DNA of 64,000 bases from Oscillatoriales cyanobacterium Centralia_MAG_596 (GTDB taxonomy: Bacteria; Cyanobacteriota; Cyanobacteriia; Leptolyngbyales; Leptolyngbyaceae): positions 8,234 to 72,233 of the forward strand of contig JAJPKC010000561.1 in assembly GCA_021323955.1 (NCBI GenBank), written 5' to 3'. The notes under the pieces were generated by a model, which was not told the origin of the DNA, ran no database searches, and saw nothing but the letters and a program-made list of their open reading frames with translations. Of this stretch, positions 1 to 8,523 are shown in pieces. Position 1 is the stretch's first letter. Each line of letters begins with the position of its first letter. Made by a program: the position numbers and the translations under genes.

Positions 1-317
1 TGTAGAGAGTTTAAATGGCTGTCACCTCGCGCTTTGAGTGGAGCCGTCTTCCGGCTGGTGTTGTTCACTGTGCTGCTTTTAGTGGCAGGTAACAACTTCC
101 TGCTCTGGTACTTATGCCCCTTGAGAATCTTGTTTGGCATTGCCCAGTTCATCTTCACTTGGATGCTGCATCACAGGCACGACAAACGCACGATCGACCT
201 CCACCTATCTCCCTGCTTCATGCCCATCATCGGCACGGTTGGCCTGAAAGAGCTTCGTGCCCATGCCGCACACCACAGAGTTTGCCACTAATCCATTGAT
301 TAACGTAGGAGTTAAGT

Positions 318-629
318 ATGCAATGCCAGTTTATCAAGGTTGGTCGTTTCATCATCAACCTCAGCCACATTACGCATCTTGCAGAAATCGCACCAGAGTC
401 TCACTCAACAATCGAAGCTGGGAGGCTCAAGCACAACGGACGACTCAGGATTTTCCTAGATTCCGTCACCAGTTTAGGTGATGGGGTAGAAGCTAGAACC
501 ATTTCATTTCCCTCTGAATCACCAGAAGCAATCGCGGTGCGATCCTTCTTCAACAATCGGGCACAAGACCTGACTCCGATGGATGAAGGAACGATCGAGA
601 ATGCCATTGCCGATTTAAGACCGTACTGA
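318..629 (+). CDS. hypothetical protein
   Basis: ORF with GGAG upstream; same strand as following phage genes. Confidence 0.55.
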   Translation: MQCQFIKVGRFIINLSHITHLAEIAPESHSTIEAGRLKHNGRLRIFLDSVTSLGDGVEARTISFPSESPEAIAVRSFFNNRAQDLTPMDEGTIENAIADLRPY

Positions 630-702
630 CCAAACGCATCACGATCGCCCCTCTGCTTAGCACGGGCGACCTAAATTTCACCCCTCATCTTCATCCCTCA
701 CC

Positions 703-1179
703 ATGCCAGAACCTATCACCTTTGAAGAAGAACGCTTGGAGCTTGAGCGAGAGCGTAATGCTTTGCTCCAGCAGCAGAATGATCTACTCAAGCAGCAAAA
801 CTCCCTCTTTTCGCGGATCGGGGCCACGCTTGGGAAAATGAACACGATCGCCGAGTTTTTAAGCCTGGCAATCATCAATAAAACCGTGTGCCGGTTCGTT
901 TATCCGTTGGACGCTTACTCAACCTTTAACTGGGACGAATTTGGTGCCACGATCCACAAAGCCGATCGCTCTGGCCCAGCAGTTGTGATTTGGCGTGGCG
1001 AAACCTACCTGCGCCGAAACTTTGAAAAGAACGGGAAAGACATTTGGTATAGCCGTTTGATCGGCACGACGGAAGGGGGCAAGCACATTTATGATGTGTT
1101 GGTAAAATTCTCCGAGAGCTATGGCAAAGTCCGCTCTCTGCCTGACGAAGTCAAAGAGGCAGCAGGCATCACAGCGTAA
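703..1179 (+). CDS. hypothetical protein with N-terminal coiled coil; possible ssDNA-binding family
   Basis: YPLDAYSTFNWDEFGA...IWYSR pattern recalls small cyanobacterial/Deinococcus proteins annotated as ssDNA-binding; function unverified. Confidence 0.5.
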   Translation: MPEPITFEEERLELERERNALLQQQNDLLKQQNSLFSRIGATLGKMNTIAEFLSLAIINKTVCRFVYPLDAYSTFNWDEFGATIHKADRSGPAVVIWRGETYLRRNFEKNGKDIWYSRLIGTTEGGKHIYDVLVKFSESYGKVRSLPDEVKEAAGITA

Positions 1180-1191
1180 TTTGCCGGTTTT

Positions 1192-1233
1192 CCAAAATGC
1201 GACACACTCAATTCTGGGGGTGTCGCATTTTGG
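1192..1233. repeat. perfect 14-bp inverted repeat with 14-nt spacer
   Basis: CCAAAATGCGACAC-N14-GTGTCGCATTTTGG, intergenic. Confidence 0.85.
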
Positions 1234-1273
1234 CATTTCTCGCCATAATCGGCATAAATCATGTGTACTAGCC

Positions 1274-1549
1274 ATGTCTCACCCTACAGACACAACCTGG
1301 AAAGCGATCGCGCCCATCGCTTACAACGCCTATGGATCAGTCGTTGGCTTCAAAAATTATCAGGGGCATCCCATGCCATCCTTTGACCAACTGCCAGAAA
1401 CCATCAAGCAGGCGTGGGAAGTGGCTGCCCGAACGGTAGCTGAAGCACTCCAGCATCCAGAGCTAATCACTTCAGCCGACAAACCACAGACAGGACAGCA
1501 AATTGTCGATGATGCCTTACGGAAAATTGAGGAAGGCGATTGCCCATGA
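1274..1549 (+). CDS. hypothetical protein
   Basis: ATG 1274 in ORF 1121-1549; ATGA overlap with next gene. Confidence 0.6.
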   Translation: MSHPTDTTWKAIAPIAYNAYGSVVGFKNYQGHPMPSFDQLPETIKQAWEVAARTVAEALQHPELITSADKPQTGQQIVDDALRKIEEGDCP

Positions 1550-1878
1550 CTGAGAGAGCTACCCCTCAGATTCCTCTGCCCACATTTGACAATTGGGCGA
1601 GTTTCTCTGTTGGGCAACTTGAGGCGATGCTGATTGCCTGGGAGTGGATTCGCGATCAGCCCGAATGGGCTATGTGGCACGAAGGCGCAAAAGGTTTCCT
1701 CAGAGAAATAGAGGCAGAACTTGATCGACGAGCACAAGAGCGATCACGCATTGCCCTCCGTCGTGCTATTGCGGATTGGAGCATGGCGCGCAATCGATTG
1801 TGGACACCAGTCGATGCACATCGCGTAACTGAAGCCGTCGAGAAACTTTTATCTGAATGGGGAGACTACCGCCCATGA
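1546..1878 (+). CDS. hypothetical protein
   Basis: Translationally coupled by ATGA overlaps at both ends. Confidence 0.65.
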   Translation: MTERATPQIPLPTFDNWASFSVGQLEAMLIAWEWIRDQPEWAMWHEGAKGFLREIEAELDRRAQERSRIALRRAIADWSMARNRLWTPVDAHRVTEAVEKLLSEWGDYRP

Positions 1879-2399
1879 GCCTGTCAGAATCACCATCACC
1901 ACCGCAGCATCAATGGACTGAAGAGGCGTGGGGAGAACAGCGCTACTACTGGGAGAATGGCTTTTTCTGCCTCAGTCAACGTCCGCCCTACTGCGATCGC
2001 GGTCGTTGGCAAGTGTTTTTAGAAGCCCAAGCCGTAGACGATCGGGGCTGGTCGCGCTACTTTTTCAGTAAAGACAATGCCAAAGAAGAGGTTGCGTCGT
2101 GGTTGGCAAATTGGCAGCAGTTGAAGACAGTTGGTTATACCTGCCCTTACCCTCATTTAAATCTGGCGTGCGATCCTTGCTGGAAAATGGACGGAACGCA
2201 CTGTACGGTTTCTCTGACAGCCCTCACAAACGATGCTGCAGTTGGCAGATTTGTGGGCATTGTGCAGGTTCATTCAGGTAGTGAGGCAGAATTCACTGTG
2301 GACTATCATGACTTATTCCCTCGCTTCTACTTCAGCCAGGAGATTGCGATCGGTGAGTTAACTGCCTGGATGGCCTGCCGCAAACAGGTTGCCCAATGA
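1875..2399 (+). CDS. hypothetical protein with internal duplication (WqvFleA...FPRfyFs-like halves)
   Basis: Coupled ORF; the two halves end RYFFSKDNAKEEVASWL and RFYFSQEIAIGELTAWM. Confidence 0.65.
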   Translation: MSLSESPSPPQHQWTEEAWGEQRYYWENGFFCLSQRPPYCDRGRWQVFLEAQAVDDRGWSRYFFSKDNAKEEVASWLANWQQLKTVGYTCPYPHLNLACDPCWKMDGTHCTVSLTALTNDAAVGRFVGIVQVHSGSEAEFTVDYHDLFPRFYFSQEIAIGELTAWMACRKQVAQ

Positions 2400-2758
2400 A
2401 CACAAAACGCTGGCGATGGCTGAAAATGATGTCCTATGTCATCGCCGCGTTCGGCTCAGGAATGTTTTGGGTATGGGGGATGTTAGGCCTCGACCCTGGG
2501 CAGTGGGTAGCTGAAGGCGATGCCTTGATCGTTCTGATTGCGATTTTAACGGCGCAAACAGCCGATGTACTTGGCGATCATTCCCGGCATCGTGAACGGG
2601 CTGAGGAAATTCAGCGTCATCCCAATACCATCGGCGATGCGTCCTGTCAGTTTAATGCGCGATCGCCCATCATTCGCTGTGCGGTTAATTCGGATGGCCC
2701 GTGCGATGGGTGCCCACACTATCAGATCAAAAAGACTGAGCCTACTTCTAGAGTGTAG
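2396..2758 (+). CDS. DUF6464-like membrane protein
   Basis: Two TM segments then IGDASCQFNARSPIIRCAVNSDGPCDGCPHY. Confidence 0.65.
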   Translation: MNTKRWRWLKMMSYVIAAFGSGMFWVWGMLGLDPGQWVAEGDALIVLIAILTAQTADVLGDHSRHRERAEEIQRHPNTIGDASCQFNARSPIIRCAVNSDGPCDGCPHYQIKKTEPTSRV

Positions 2759-2813
2759 AAAGAGCCATTATCACTTGCTAGAAGCGACAATAGCTCTTTC
2801 CTAAACCCCCAGA

Positions 2814-3008
2814 TTAGTTAGCTTCAGGCAACTTCCGTTGACTATTGGAGTTCCGACCATCGATAAAAACATGTCCGCTCGTTGGGCCAGCCTGAAAGCT
2901 CATCCCAATAACTCCGGGGTAACGAGTGACAATGGCGACTGCCAGCAAACTGGACAGTGACAGGGCAAGCGCTAAAGTGATAATAGTCAGAAAGTTTGGG
3001 TTTTTCAT
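2814..3008 (-). CDS. small single-pass membrane protein
   Basis: Hydrophobic N-terminus LTIITLALALSLSSLLAVAIV. Confidence 0.45.
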   Translation of the reverse strand: MKNPNFLTIITLALALSLSSLLAVAIVTRYPGVIGMSFQAGPTSGHVFIDGRNSNSQRKLPEAN

Positions 3009-3314
3009 AAAACCTCAGTAATGTTGACTTTGACGGAGCTAGGGTTTGGATCACCCTGGCTCTTTCTGTTGTCTGGTTTCGAGAAGCACGCCTCACATAG
3101 CTAACGTGTTCGGTAGCTATAGAGGCATTTGTTTATCCCAGATACAGGCATCAAACCAAACTGGTGATGGTAAAAAGTGGGCAGTCTTTGCTGGCACACA
3201 AGATGCACGGCAACTGATGTATATAGGATTGCTTACCTGCTATGCCGTAGACTGAGCAAGTGATACAGCTTGAGGTCATAGACCGGATTTTGTATCAAGT
3301 TCATCCTTTGGAAA

Positions 3315-3325
3315 GGAGGAATGCT
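3315..3325 (+). promoter_or_regulatory. J-box-like motif upstream of recombinase
   Basis: GGAGGAATGCT about 25 nt upstream of GTG 3350. Confidence 0.35.
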
Positions 3326-3349
3326 AAAGAGTCGCATTGCCTAACCTGC

Positions 3350-4312
3350 GTGAGCACTCTAGCCCAAACCAACGCTTCACCCTTTCTGTTCCACGTCACC
3401 GATCGCGATATTCTCGCCGAGCACCTGGCGGACAAGCGGAGCGAGAACACGCGACGGGCATACGCCAGAGACGTGAAAGACTTTTTCGTGACCGTTGCCA
3501 ACCAGGAACCAACACCAACGCTGATTGGGCAGTTTTTGAGCCTGGAACGCGCGGCGGCCATCTCTCTGGTACTGAAGTACAAAGCGATCCTAATTGAGCG
3601 CAATCTGAGCGAGGCCACGGTCAATCGGCGGTTGTCTGCCCTCAAGTCCCTCGTGGCGTTTGCCCAAAAGGTCGATCGCTGCCAGTGGAGCCTGGAGCAA
3701 GTAGAGAGCGAGAAAGTGCAGAGCTACCGGGATACCAGCGGGATTAGTTTAGAGGCCTATCGCAAGCTGCTATCTGTGCCCAACCGAAATACGCTAGCAG
3801 GCAGACGCAATTACGCTATATTGCGGTTGCTCTGGGAAAATGCCCTGCGCCGCAATGAAATCAGCCAGACCAATGTGGGAGACCTGGATATCGAGGCTCG
3901 CACGCTGCAAATTTTTGGGAAGGGGAAGGGCACGCAGGCCGAATCCATCAGCCTCAGCACAGCAACAACAGAAGCGATCGTTGATTGGGTGCTTGCCAGA
4001 GATCCCGTTCCAGCGCCAAACGCCCCATTGTTCGTGGCGCTCGATCGCGCGCATTATGGCCACCGGCTATCGGGGAACGCCATTTACAATTTGGTAGTGG
4101 AGACGGCAACCAGCGCTGGTATTACCAAGCATCTCTCTCCACACCGGTGCCGCCACAGCGCCATCACGGCTGCACTAAATGCTACCAATGGTAATGTGCG
4201 GGAAGTTCAAAAACTGAGTCGCCATGCGCGGCTAGAAACTCTAATGATTTACGACGACAATAGAGCCAACGCCCAGGGCAAAGTCACCAACCTCTTAGCT
4301 GATCTGCTTTAA
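3350..4312 (+). CDS. tyrosine recombinase / integrase (XerC/D-like)
   Basis: SAM-like N-terminus (SENTRRAY, TVNRRLSALKS) and catalytic R (ALRRNEI), K (GKG), HxxR (HRCRH), H (RHA), Y (MIYD); start set at GTG 3350. Confidence 0.92.
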   Translation: MSTLAQTNASPFLFHVTDRDILAEHLADKRSENTRRAYARDVKDFFVTVANQEPTPTLIGQFLSLERAAAISLVLKYKAILIERNLSEATVNRRLSALKSLVAFAQKVDRCQWSLEQVESEKVQSYRDTSGISLEAYRKLLSVPNRNTLAGRRNYAILRLLWENALRRNEISQTNVGDLDIEARTLQIFGKGKGTQAESISLSTATTEAIVDWVLARDPVPAPNAPLFVALDRAHYGHRLSGNAIYNLVVETATSAGITKHLSPHRCRHSAITAALNATNGNVREVQKLSRHARLETLMIYDDNRANAQGKVTNLLADLL

Positions 4313-4365
4313 ACGTCGAACCCCCAGCATTGCTGCCAGGGGTTGGAACCAGATTTGGATCCGAC

Positions 4366-4686
4366 TTAGGCGGACGGGGCCGCCGCTGTTGCCGGAGGCT
4401 CAGAAGCAGGAGCAGGGGCAGCGACAGGAGCAGGAGCAGAAGCAGCGGCAGGAGGATTAAATTCTCCTTCCACTGCCTGTAGACCAGCCTCAATCACAGA
4501 TACCCGATCAACAAGCCCTGCAAGGGTTGACTTCAAAGTTTCCACGTCTGATTGCACTGCTTCAACGACCTGCTTTACAGCAGGGATTTCGGCAATTTGC
4601 TCTACCAGGGATTCAACCTTACCTTCAACATCATGCAGCTCTTCTGCCGCGCGTTCAAGAACATCTTTGAGCATGTGAGATACCAA
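4366..4686 (-). CDS. coiled-coil protein with Pro/Ala-rich tail
   Basis: Heptad pattern then PAAASAPAP; divergent from 4758. Confidence 0.6.
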   Translation of the reverse strand: MVSHMLKDVLERAAEELHDVEGKVESLVEQIAEIPAVKQVVEAVQSDVETLKSTLAGLVDRVSVIEAGLQAVEGEFNPPAAASAPAPVAAPAPASEPPATAAAPSA

Positions 4687-4718
4687 ATCACTGCTGTAGC
4701 TTTCCCGCAGTAAGAGCA

Positions 4719-4729
4719 GTAGGAACCCT
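4719..4729 (+). promoter_or_regulatory. J-box-like motif; a divergent partner lies at 4698-4708 on the minus strand
   Basis: GTAGGAACCCT (+) and GCGGGAAAGCT (-) between divergent genes. Confidence 0.4.
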
Positions 4730-4757
4730 AGAGCGTTCTGCCGGAATTGCCCCTATT

Positions 4758-5801
4758 ATGGCATCTGACCTTACGCCTGAATTAACCAAAACTGACTGGG
4801 AAACGCTCAGTGATTTTCGACTGCTGCGGCTGCAGTCGATGTTTGCGGATTTACAACTTTGCCATTTACAGATCTCCTGCCTGACCAACGATCTGCTGTT
4901 AATCTGCGATCGCGCCGCCTGGGATAAGATTCAACCGATTTTGGTTGATCTACGCATGGCGAGCTGGGCCGTTGCAGCCGCTGATAACTTGTCCATTTTT
5001 GTGGATGGACACTTGACTTATTGCGCCATGACGCAATTGCCCCAAACAGTTGAAGTTGTAACACGTACACTGGATACAATCGATTTAAGGATTGATCCTA
5101 TGGTTACTGCAACCCCAACCAGACCTCGCTCCATAAAGCCAGCAGAAAAACAGTTAACAGCCACTCCCGCAGCATCAAATGACCTGCCGGATTTTATTGA
5201 CCTGATGCCATTGGCTCAAAAATCAGGCATTCCGATTGAACACATCGCCGCTGAAATCAAGCAGCTGGGTGGTGTGGCTGGACGTGATCGCACGGGCACT
5301 TACATCACTACCGAGGACGCCCAACGCACCTGGGTTACCAATTACCTGAAGCGACTAGAGGCAGACTTCCTCTTGCCACCACAGGCGGAATCGGTACCAA
5401 GCGTCGAACCAACCGCAAAAGCCGCAAAACCGAGACGTGCTCGCACCGCAGCACAAGACAACGGCAAGGTTATGCCGAAAGAGCGGCGGTTGAAAGACTT
5501 TAGCAAAGCGCAGAGCTACTCAGTCACCATTGGTCGATTCCTGGATGCTCAAGGCTGGGATGGAAGCAACCCTCTGAGAGCACAGGTGTTCGAGGGCATT
5601 GCAGCGCTACCAGACAACTTTATGCCAAAAGCAAAGGGTAGCAGCCTTGCTGAGCGATCGCTCTACAAAATCTTGTCCAAGTATCCAGCTTCCAGTCGAG
5701 CCGCTGCTTGTAAAGGGTTGATCAAAACTGCCCGTGAGACGATTGGTCAGCAGCCCTCTGAGCAACCAGCAAGCCGGCCAGATACAGCCACGGTTGAATA
5801 A
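4758..5801 (+). CDS. hypothetical protein
   Basis: 347-aa ORF followed by a terminator. Confidence 0.7.
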   Translation: MASDLTPELTKTDWETLSDFRLLRLQSMFADLQLCHLQISCLTNDLLLICDRAAWDKIQPILVDLRMASWAVAAADNLSIFVDGHLTYCAMTQLPQTVEVVTRTLDTIDLRIDPMVTATPTRPRSIKPAEKQLTATPAASNDLPDFIDLMPLAQKSGIPIEHIAAEIKQLGGVAGRDRTGTYITTEDAQRTWVTNYLKRLEADFLLPPQAESVPSVEPTAKAAKPRRARTAAQDNGKVMPKERRLKDFSKAQSYSVTIGRFLDAQGWDGSNPLRAQVFEGIAALPDNFMPKAKGSSLAERSLYKILSKYPASSRAAACKGLIKTARETIGQQPSEQPASRPDTATVE

Positions 5802-5836
5802 GGAACACTAAGCTAGATTGAGTAAGATGCACTCTG

Positions 5837-5861
5837 GACCCTGTATGTGGCAGGGTCTTTT
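5837..5861 (+). terminator. intrinsic terminator
   Basis: GACCCTG-N7-CAGGGTC-TTTT. Confidence 0.75.
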
Positions 5862-5865
5862 CTAT

Positions 5866-5887
5866 TTTTGCGTACTCAAAAACTCAC
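5866..5887. repeat. 22-bp direct repeat, copy 1 (operator-like)
   Basis: TTTTGCGTACTCAAAAACTCAC, identical to 6199-6220, near-palindromic core. Confidence 0.85.
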
Positions 5888-5963
5888 AAGTTTGGATCAG
5901 CACTACATGTAAACCTTTAAAACCCTGAAACCCTAGAAGGCTGAAACCTTTTTAGGGAAAGCA

Positions 5964-6182
5964 ATGTCAGACGGCAAACCAGGTAGACCAAAAGGCAAGC
6001 GGTCTAACCCGAACTTTATTCAAATCACCTCGTACATCTCCAAGAAGACCTACCGAGCAGTCAAAATACGCTGTGCAGAGTTGGATATGAACCGCTCGGA
6101 TTTGATTGAGGAGTTACTTGAGGAATGGTTAGAACGCACAAAGCCCAAACGAAATAAGCGCATCCGTGGAGACAATGCTTGA
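5964..6182 (+). CDS. ribbon-helix-helix (CopG/ParG-like) DNA-binding protein
   Basis: FIQITSYISKKTYRAVKIRCAELDMNRSDLIEELLEEWL fits beta-alpha-alpha. Confidence 0.8.
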   Translation: MSDGKPGRPKGKRSNPNFIQITSYISKKTYRAVKIRCAELDMNRSDLIEELLEEWLERTKPKRNKRIRGDNA

Positions 6183-6198
6183 TAATGGCTTGATAATG

Positions 6199-6220
6199 TT
6201 TTGCGTACTCAAAAACTCAC
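6199..6220. repeat. 22-bp direct repeat, copy 2
   Basis: Identical to 5866-5887. Confidence 0.85.
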
Positions 6221-6432
6221 GCCATATTTTTTGGATGTCATCAGCCGGAATTTGTGTCACAACAGGAATTAGATCTCAGGCTTAGTTTTAGTTTCAGGCT
6301 CTGCTTCTCACCCATACCGCAAGGCAAGTAGTACAACACGGCTCATCACAAGGGGTGGTGTAGCTAGGCACGGCTTCCAAATTGGCAAGCACACTAACGA
6401 CCTTAGCGAGTTCCCCTAACGGTCTTTCTCTG

Positions 6433-7092
6433 ATGGATAGTTTCACGCCACTATCAACGAACGATATCGCCCTTTTAAACTGGCTCAACTCCATTCCAAT
6501 CGATCCAAGTCAAGTAGACGTCAAAATTGAAGGTCTCCATGTCAAAATTAATTGCCGGAATGATTTTCTTGGGTTGAAACTATGGAGCCATCGCCAGGCG
6601 GTGCAGTCTATTGGTTTCTCGCTGGAAGTTAGTTCTAATGGCGAGTTGATCGATTCCACCAGACGCATGAAAAAAAACGCTAGCAGATGGGCTGCTCGCT
6701 ATCCTTTGCACTTGATCGACTTGAGTAACCTTTGCTCAGTGAGCATCCACAGTGAAGGTGAAGGTTATCCCTTTCTGGCCGTACAACCGTACCTCGGTAA
6801 TGAAGCTGCTCTCAATAAGCCTGTTGACGAGTTGTTAGGACAACCTCTCGTGACGGTTGCCAGCGAAATTGCTGAAGCAAAAGAGCACTGCATTAGACGA
6901 GCGATCGCCAATGGCGATATCGCCCATGAAAGCTATGAGATGTACTGGCAGGGCAATCTCTGGAAAAAACAGATTACCGCCATTTATCTACCAGGGTCAG
7001 GTGAAGTGATGACCAAAACCTCTCATGCCAAAGGAGAAGAATGGCAGATCGGCTATTGGCGCAATCACTTTAAGACCCTAAACCAGGAGTAG
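6433..7092 (+). CDS. hypothetical protein, C-terminal half PAS-like
   Basis: GNEAALNKPVDELLGQPL...RRAIANG...ESYE resembles a PAS core; start uncertain. Confidence 0.5.
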   Translation: MDSFTPLSTNDIALLNWLNSIPIDPSQVDVKIEGLHVKINCRNDFLGLKLWSHRQAVQSIGFSLEVSSNGELIDSTRRMKKNASRWAARYPLHLIDLSNLCSVSIHSEGEGYPFLAVQPYLGNEAALNKPVDELLGQPLVTVASEIAEAKEHCIRRAIANGDIAHESYEMYWQGNLWKKQITAIYLPGSGEVMTKTSHAKGEEWQIGYWRNHFKTLNQE

Positions 7093-7909
7093 AATGTGTG
7101 TGCCCATTGGTCGTTCCGTTGGGGGTGTTAAGGTTGGCCAAAACCTCAACGGTATACCGTTTATTGCCCGTAAACATTCGCAGCGCCTTGGCGACATAGC
7201 CAATAATGCGGTCATCCACAAAGGCAATTTGACCTTGCACAACATCTCGCAACTCTGCCACATCGGCCTCGTCATTCGCGGGGAAGTGACTCAAAAACTC
7301 GCGAAAACCTTCTTCTGTGGTTGGATCGAGGTTGCGTTCACTCATCTCTGCACGAATTAGCCTACCGACTGCACCGCTCCCTCTACCAATCGCATCCAGA
7401 TCCATTGCTTGCTCCCATCCAGGTGTCTGATTGTGGTATCTGCTGGGGGGCATTTGCGTCCGCAAAGTAGCGGATTTCTCGAAGTCGGCAGTGCCAATGC
7501 GGGCAAATTCGCGCCAGTCGTCTTCGTAAGTGTGGTCCAGGTCGAGCTGGATGTCGTCTCCGTTGATCGCTATCACTCTGAACACAAAAGGGGCAATCGC
7601 TTTAAGCGCCTCAGCTTTCGGTTGCTTAATTGTTGGCGGCGACCCTGCATAACGATTCAACGTACTGCCTGACAAGTGCAGCTCTGGTTGTCCTAGATCT
7701 TTCGCACGTTGCTGAATTTCTAGCCTCAATTTCCGCTCGGTCCATTCGCGCACCTTGATCGATGCACGAATAGCTTTCGCCATCCGCTCTATACCTTCCC
7801 GTGTATAACCTGTCGGTTCTGCGCCGATGTTAACTGAGACTACATTCATAGTTTGCATACGGTCTTTCTTAAGAATACCCTTCTTTTTCATTGTTGTCTC
7901 AAACAACAT
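7070..7909 (-). CDS. putative phage repressor (HTH-like)
   Basis: LSGSTLNRY...PKAEALKAIA resembles an XRE-type helix-turn-helix; divergent from the early operon; true start may be further downstream. Confidence 0.5.
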   Translation of the reverse strand: MLFETTMKKKGILKKDRMQTMNVVSVNIGAEPTGYTREGIERMAKAIRASIKVREWTERKLRLEIQQRAKDLGQPELHLSGSTLNRYAGSPPTIKQPKAEALKAIAPFVFRVIAINGDDIQLDLDHTYEDDWREFARIGTADFEKSATLRTQMPPSRYHNQTPGWEQAMDLDAIGRGSGAVGRLIRAEMSERNLDPTTEEGFREFLSHFPANDEADVAELRDVVQGQIAFVDDRIIGYVAKALRMFTGNKRYTVEVLANLNTPNGTTNGHTHSTPGLGS

Positions 7910-7943
7910 TTTTTAGGGTATGATGTCTCGAACACCTCGAACA
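7891..7943. promoter_or_regulatory. putative operator repeats in the divergent switch region
   Basis: TGTCTCAAACA, TGTCTCGAACA and CCTCGAACA in close succession. Confidence 0.45.
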
Positions 7944-7965
7944 CACAAATCACCTTACATGTCTT

Positions 7966-8343
7966 ATGCCTTCTCAGACATCAGAGCCAACACGCCGCCC
8001 ATCAAACCTTAGTCGAAAGGCGCTTGACGTTGCTAAAAGGCAGGCCAAGCTAAGCAGGAAGACGATGGCCGTTTGGGTTGGCCTCGCGATTCTTGAAAAG
8101 GCGGACAGAGAGGAGAAAGACCCCTCTGCCGTCAGCAAAACCTCACTTACTGAGGAGATGCTTCAACCATTGGGCCGTCCACCAAACCTGGCTAACGACG
8201 TGCTCCAGATTGCCAAAATCCGCTCGGCGATCGCTGGCAAGACGATGGCCGTTTGGTTGAGCGAAGCCATGTTTGAGAAGGCAGCACGGGACACACAAGG
8301 GGAGGGGAGTAAAACAGTCTCAAAAAAACTCGTTCACGCCTGA
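7966..8343 (+). CDS. regulator with two tandem RHH-like repeats (Cro-position gene)
   Basis: RRPSNLSRKALDVAK..KTMAVWVGLAILEKA and GRPPNLANDVLQIAK..KTMAVWLSEAMFEKA. Confidence 0.65.
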   Translation: MPSQTSEPTRRPSNLSRKALDVAKRQAKLSRKTMAVWVGLAILEKADREEKDPSAVSKTSLTEEMLQPLGRPPNLANDVLQIAKIRSAIAGKTMAVWLSEAMFEKAARDTQGEGSKTVSKKLVHA

Positions 8344-8523
8344 ACGTCAAGGGCGATCGCGGCTTGCACCACGATCGCCCTTCATTTTCTTTGCGCGTCC
8401 CGACTCCCAATCGTTGGCACTCAGAATTCACACGTTCACAGACAGAGGAATACGTATGAATGCACTACTTATAGCATCTCGCCCCCCAATCTTTACGCCT
8501 CACCACCTCAACCCGCGGAGGCA

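Noticed and set aside
4284-4493. Leu-rich membrane peptide
   Set aside because: Alternative-frame reading of the Pro/Ala codons of 4366-4686
8351-8380. Hairpin as a novel RNA element
   Set aside because: The stem comes from two HIP1-like GCGATCG(C) sites; likely incidental or a simple terminator
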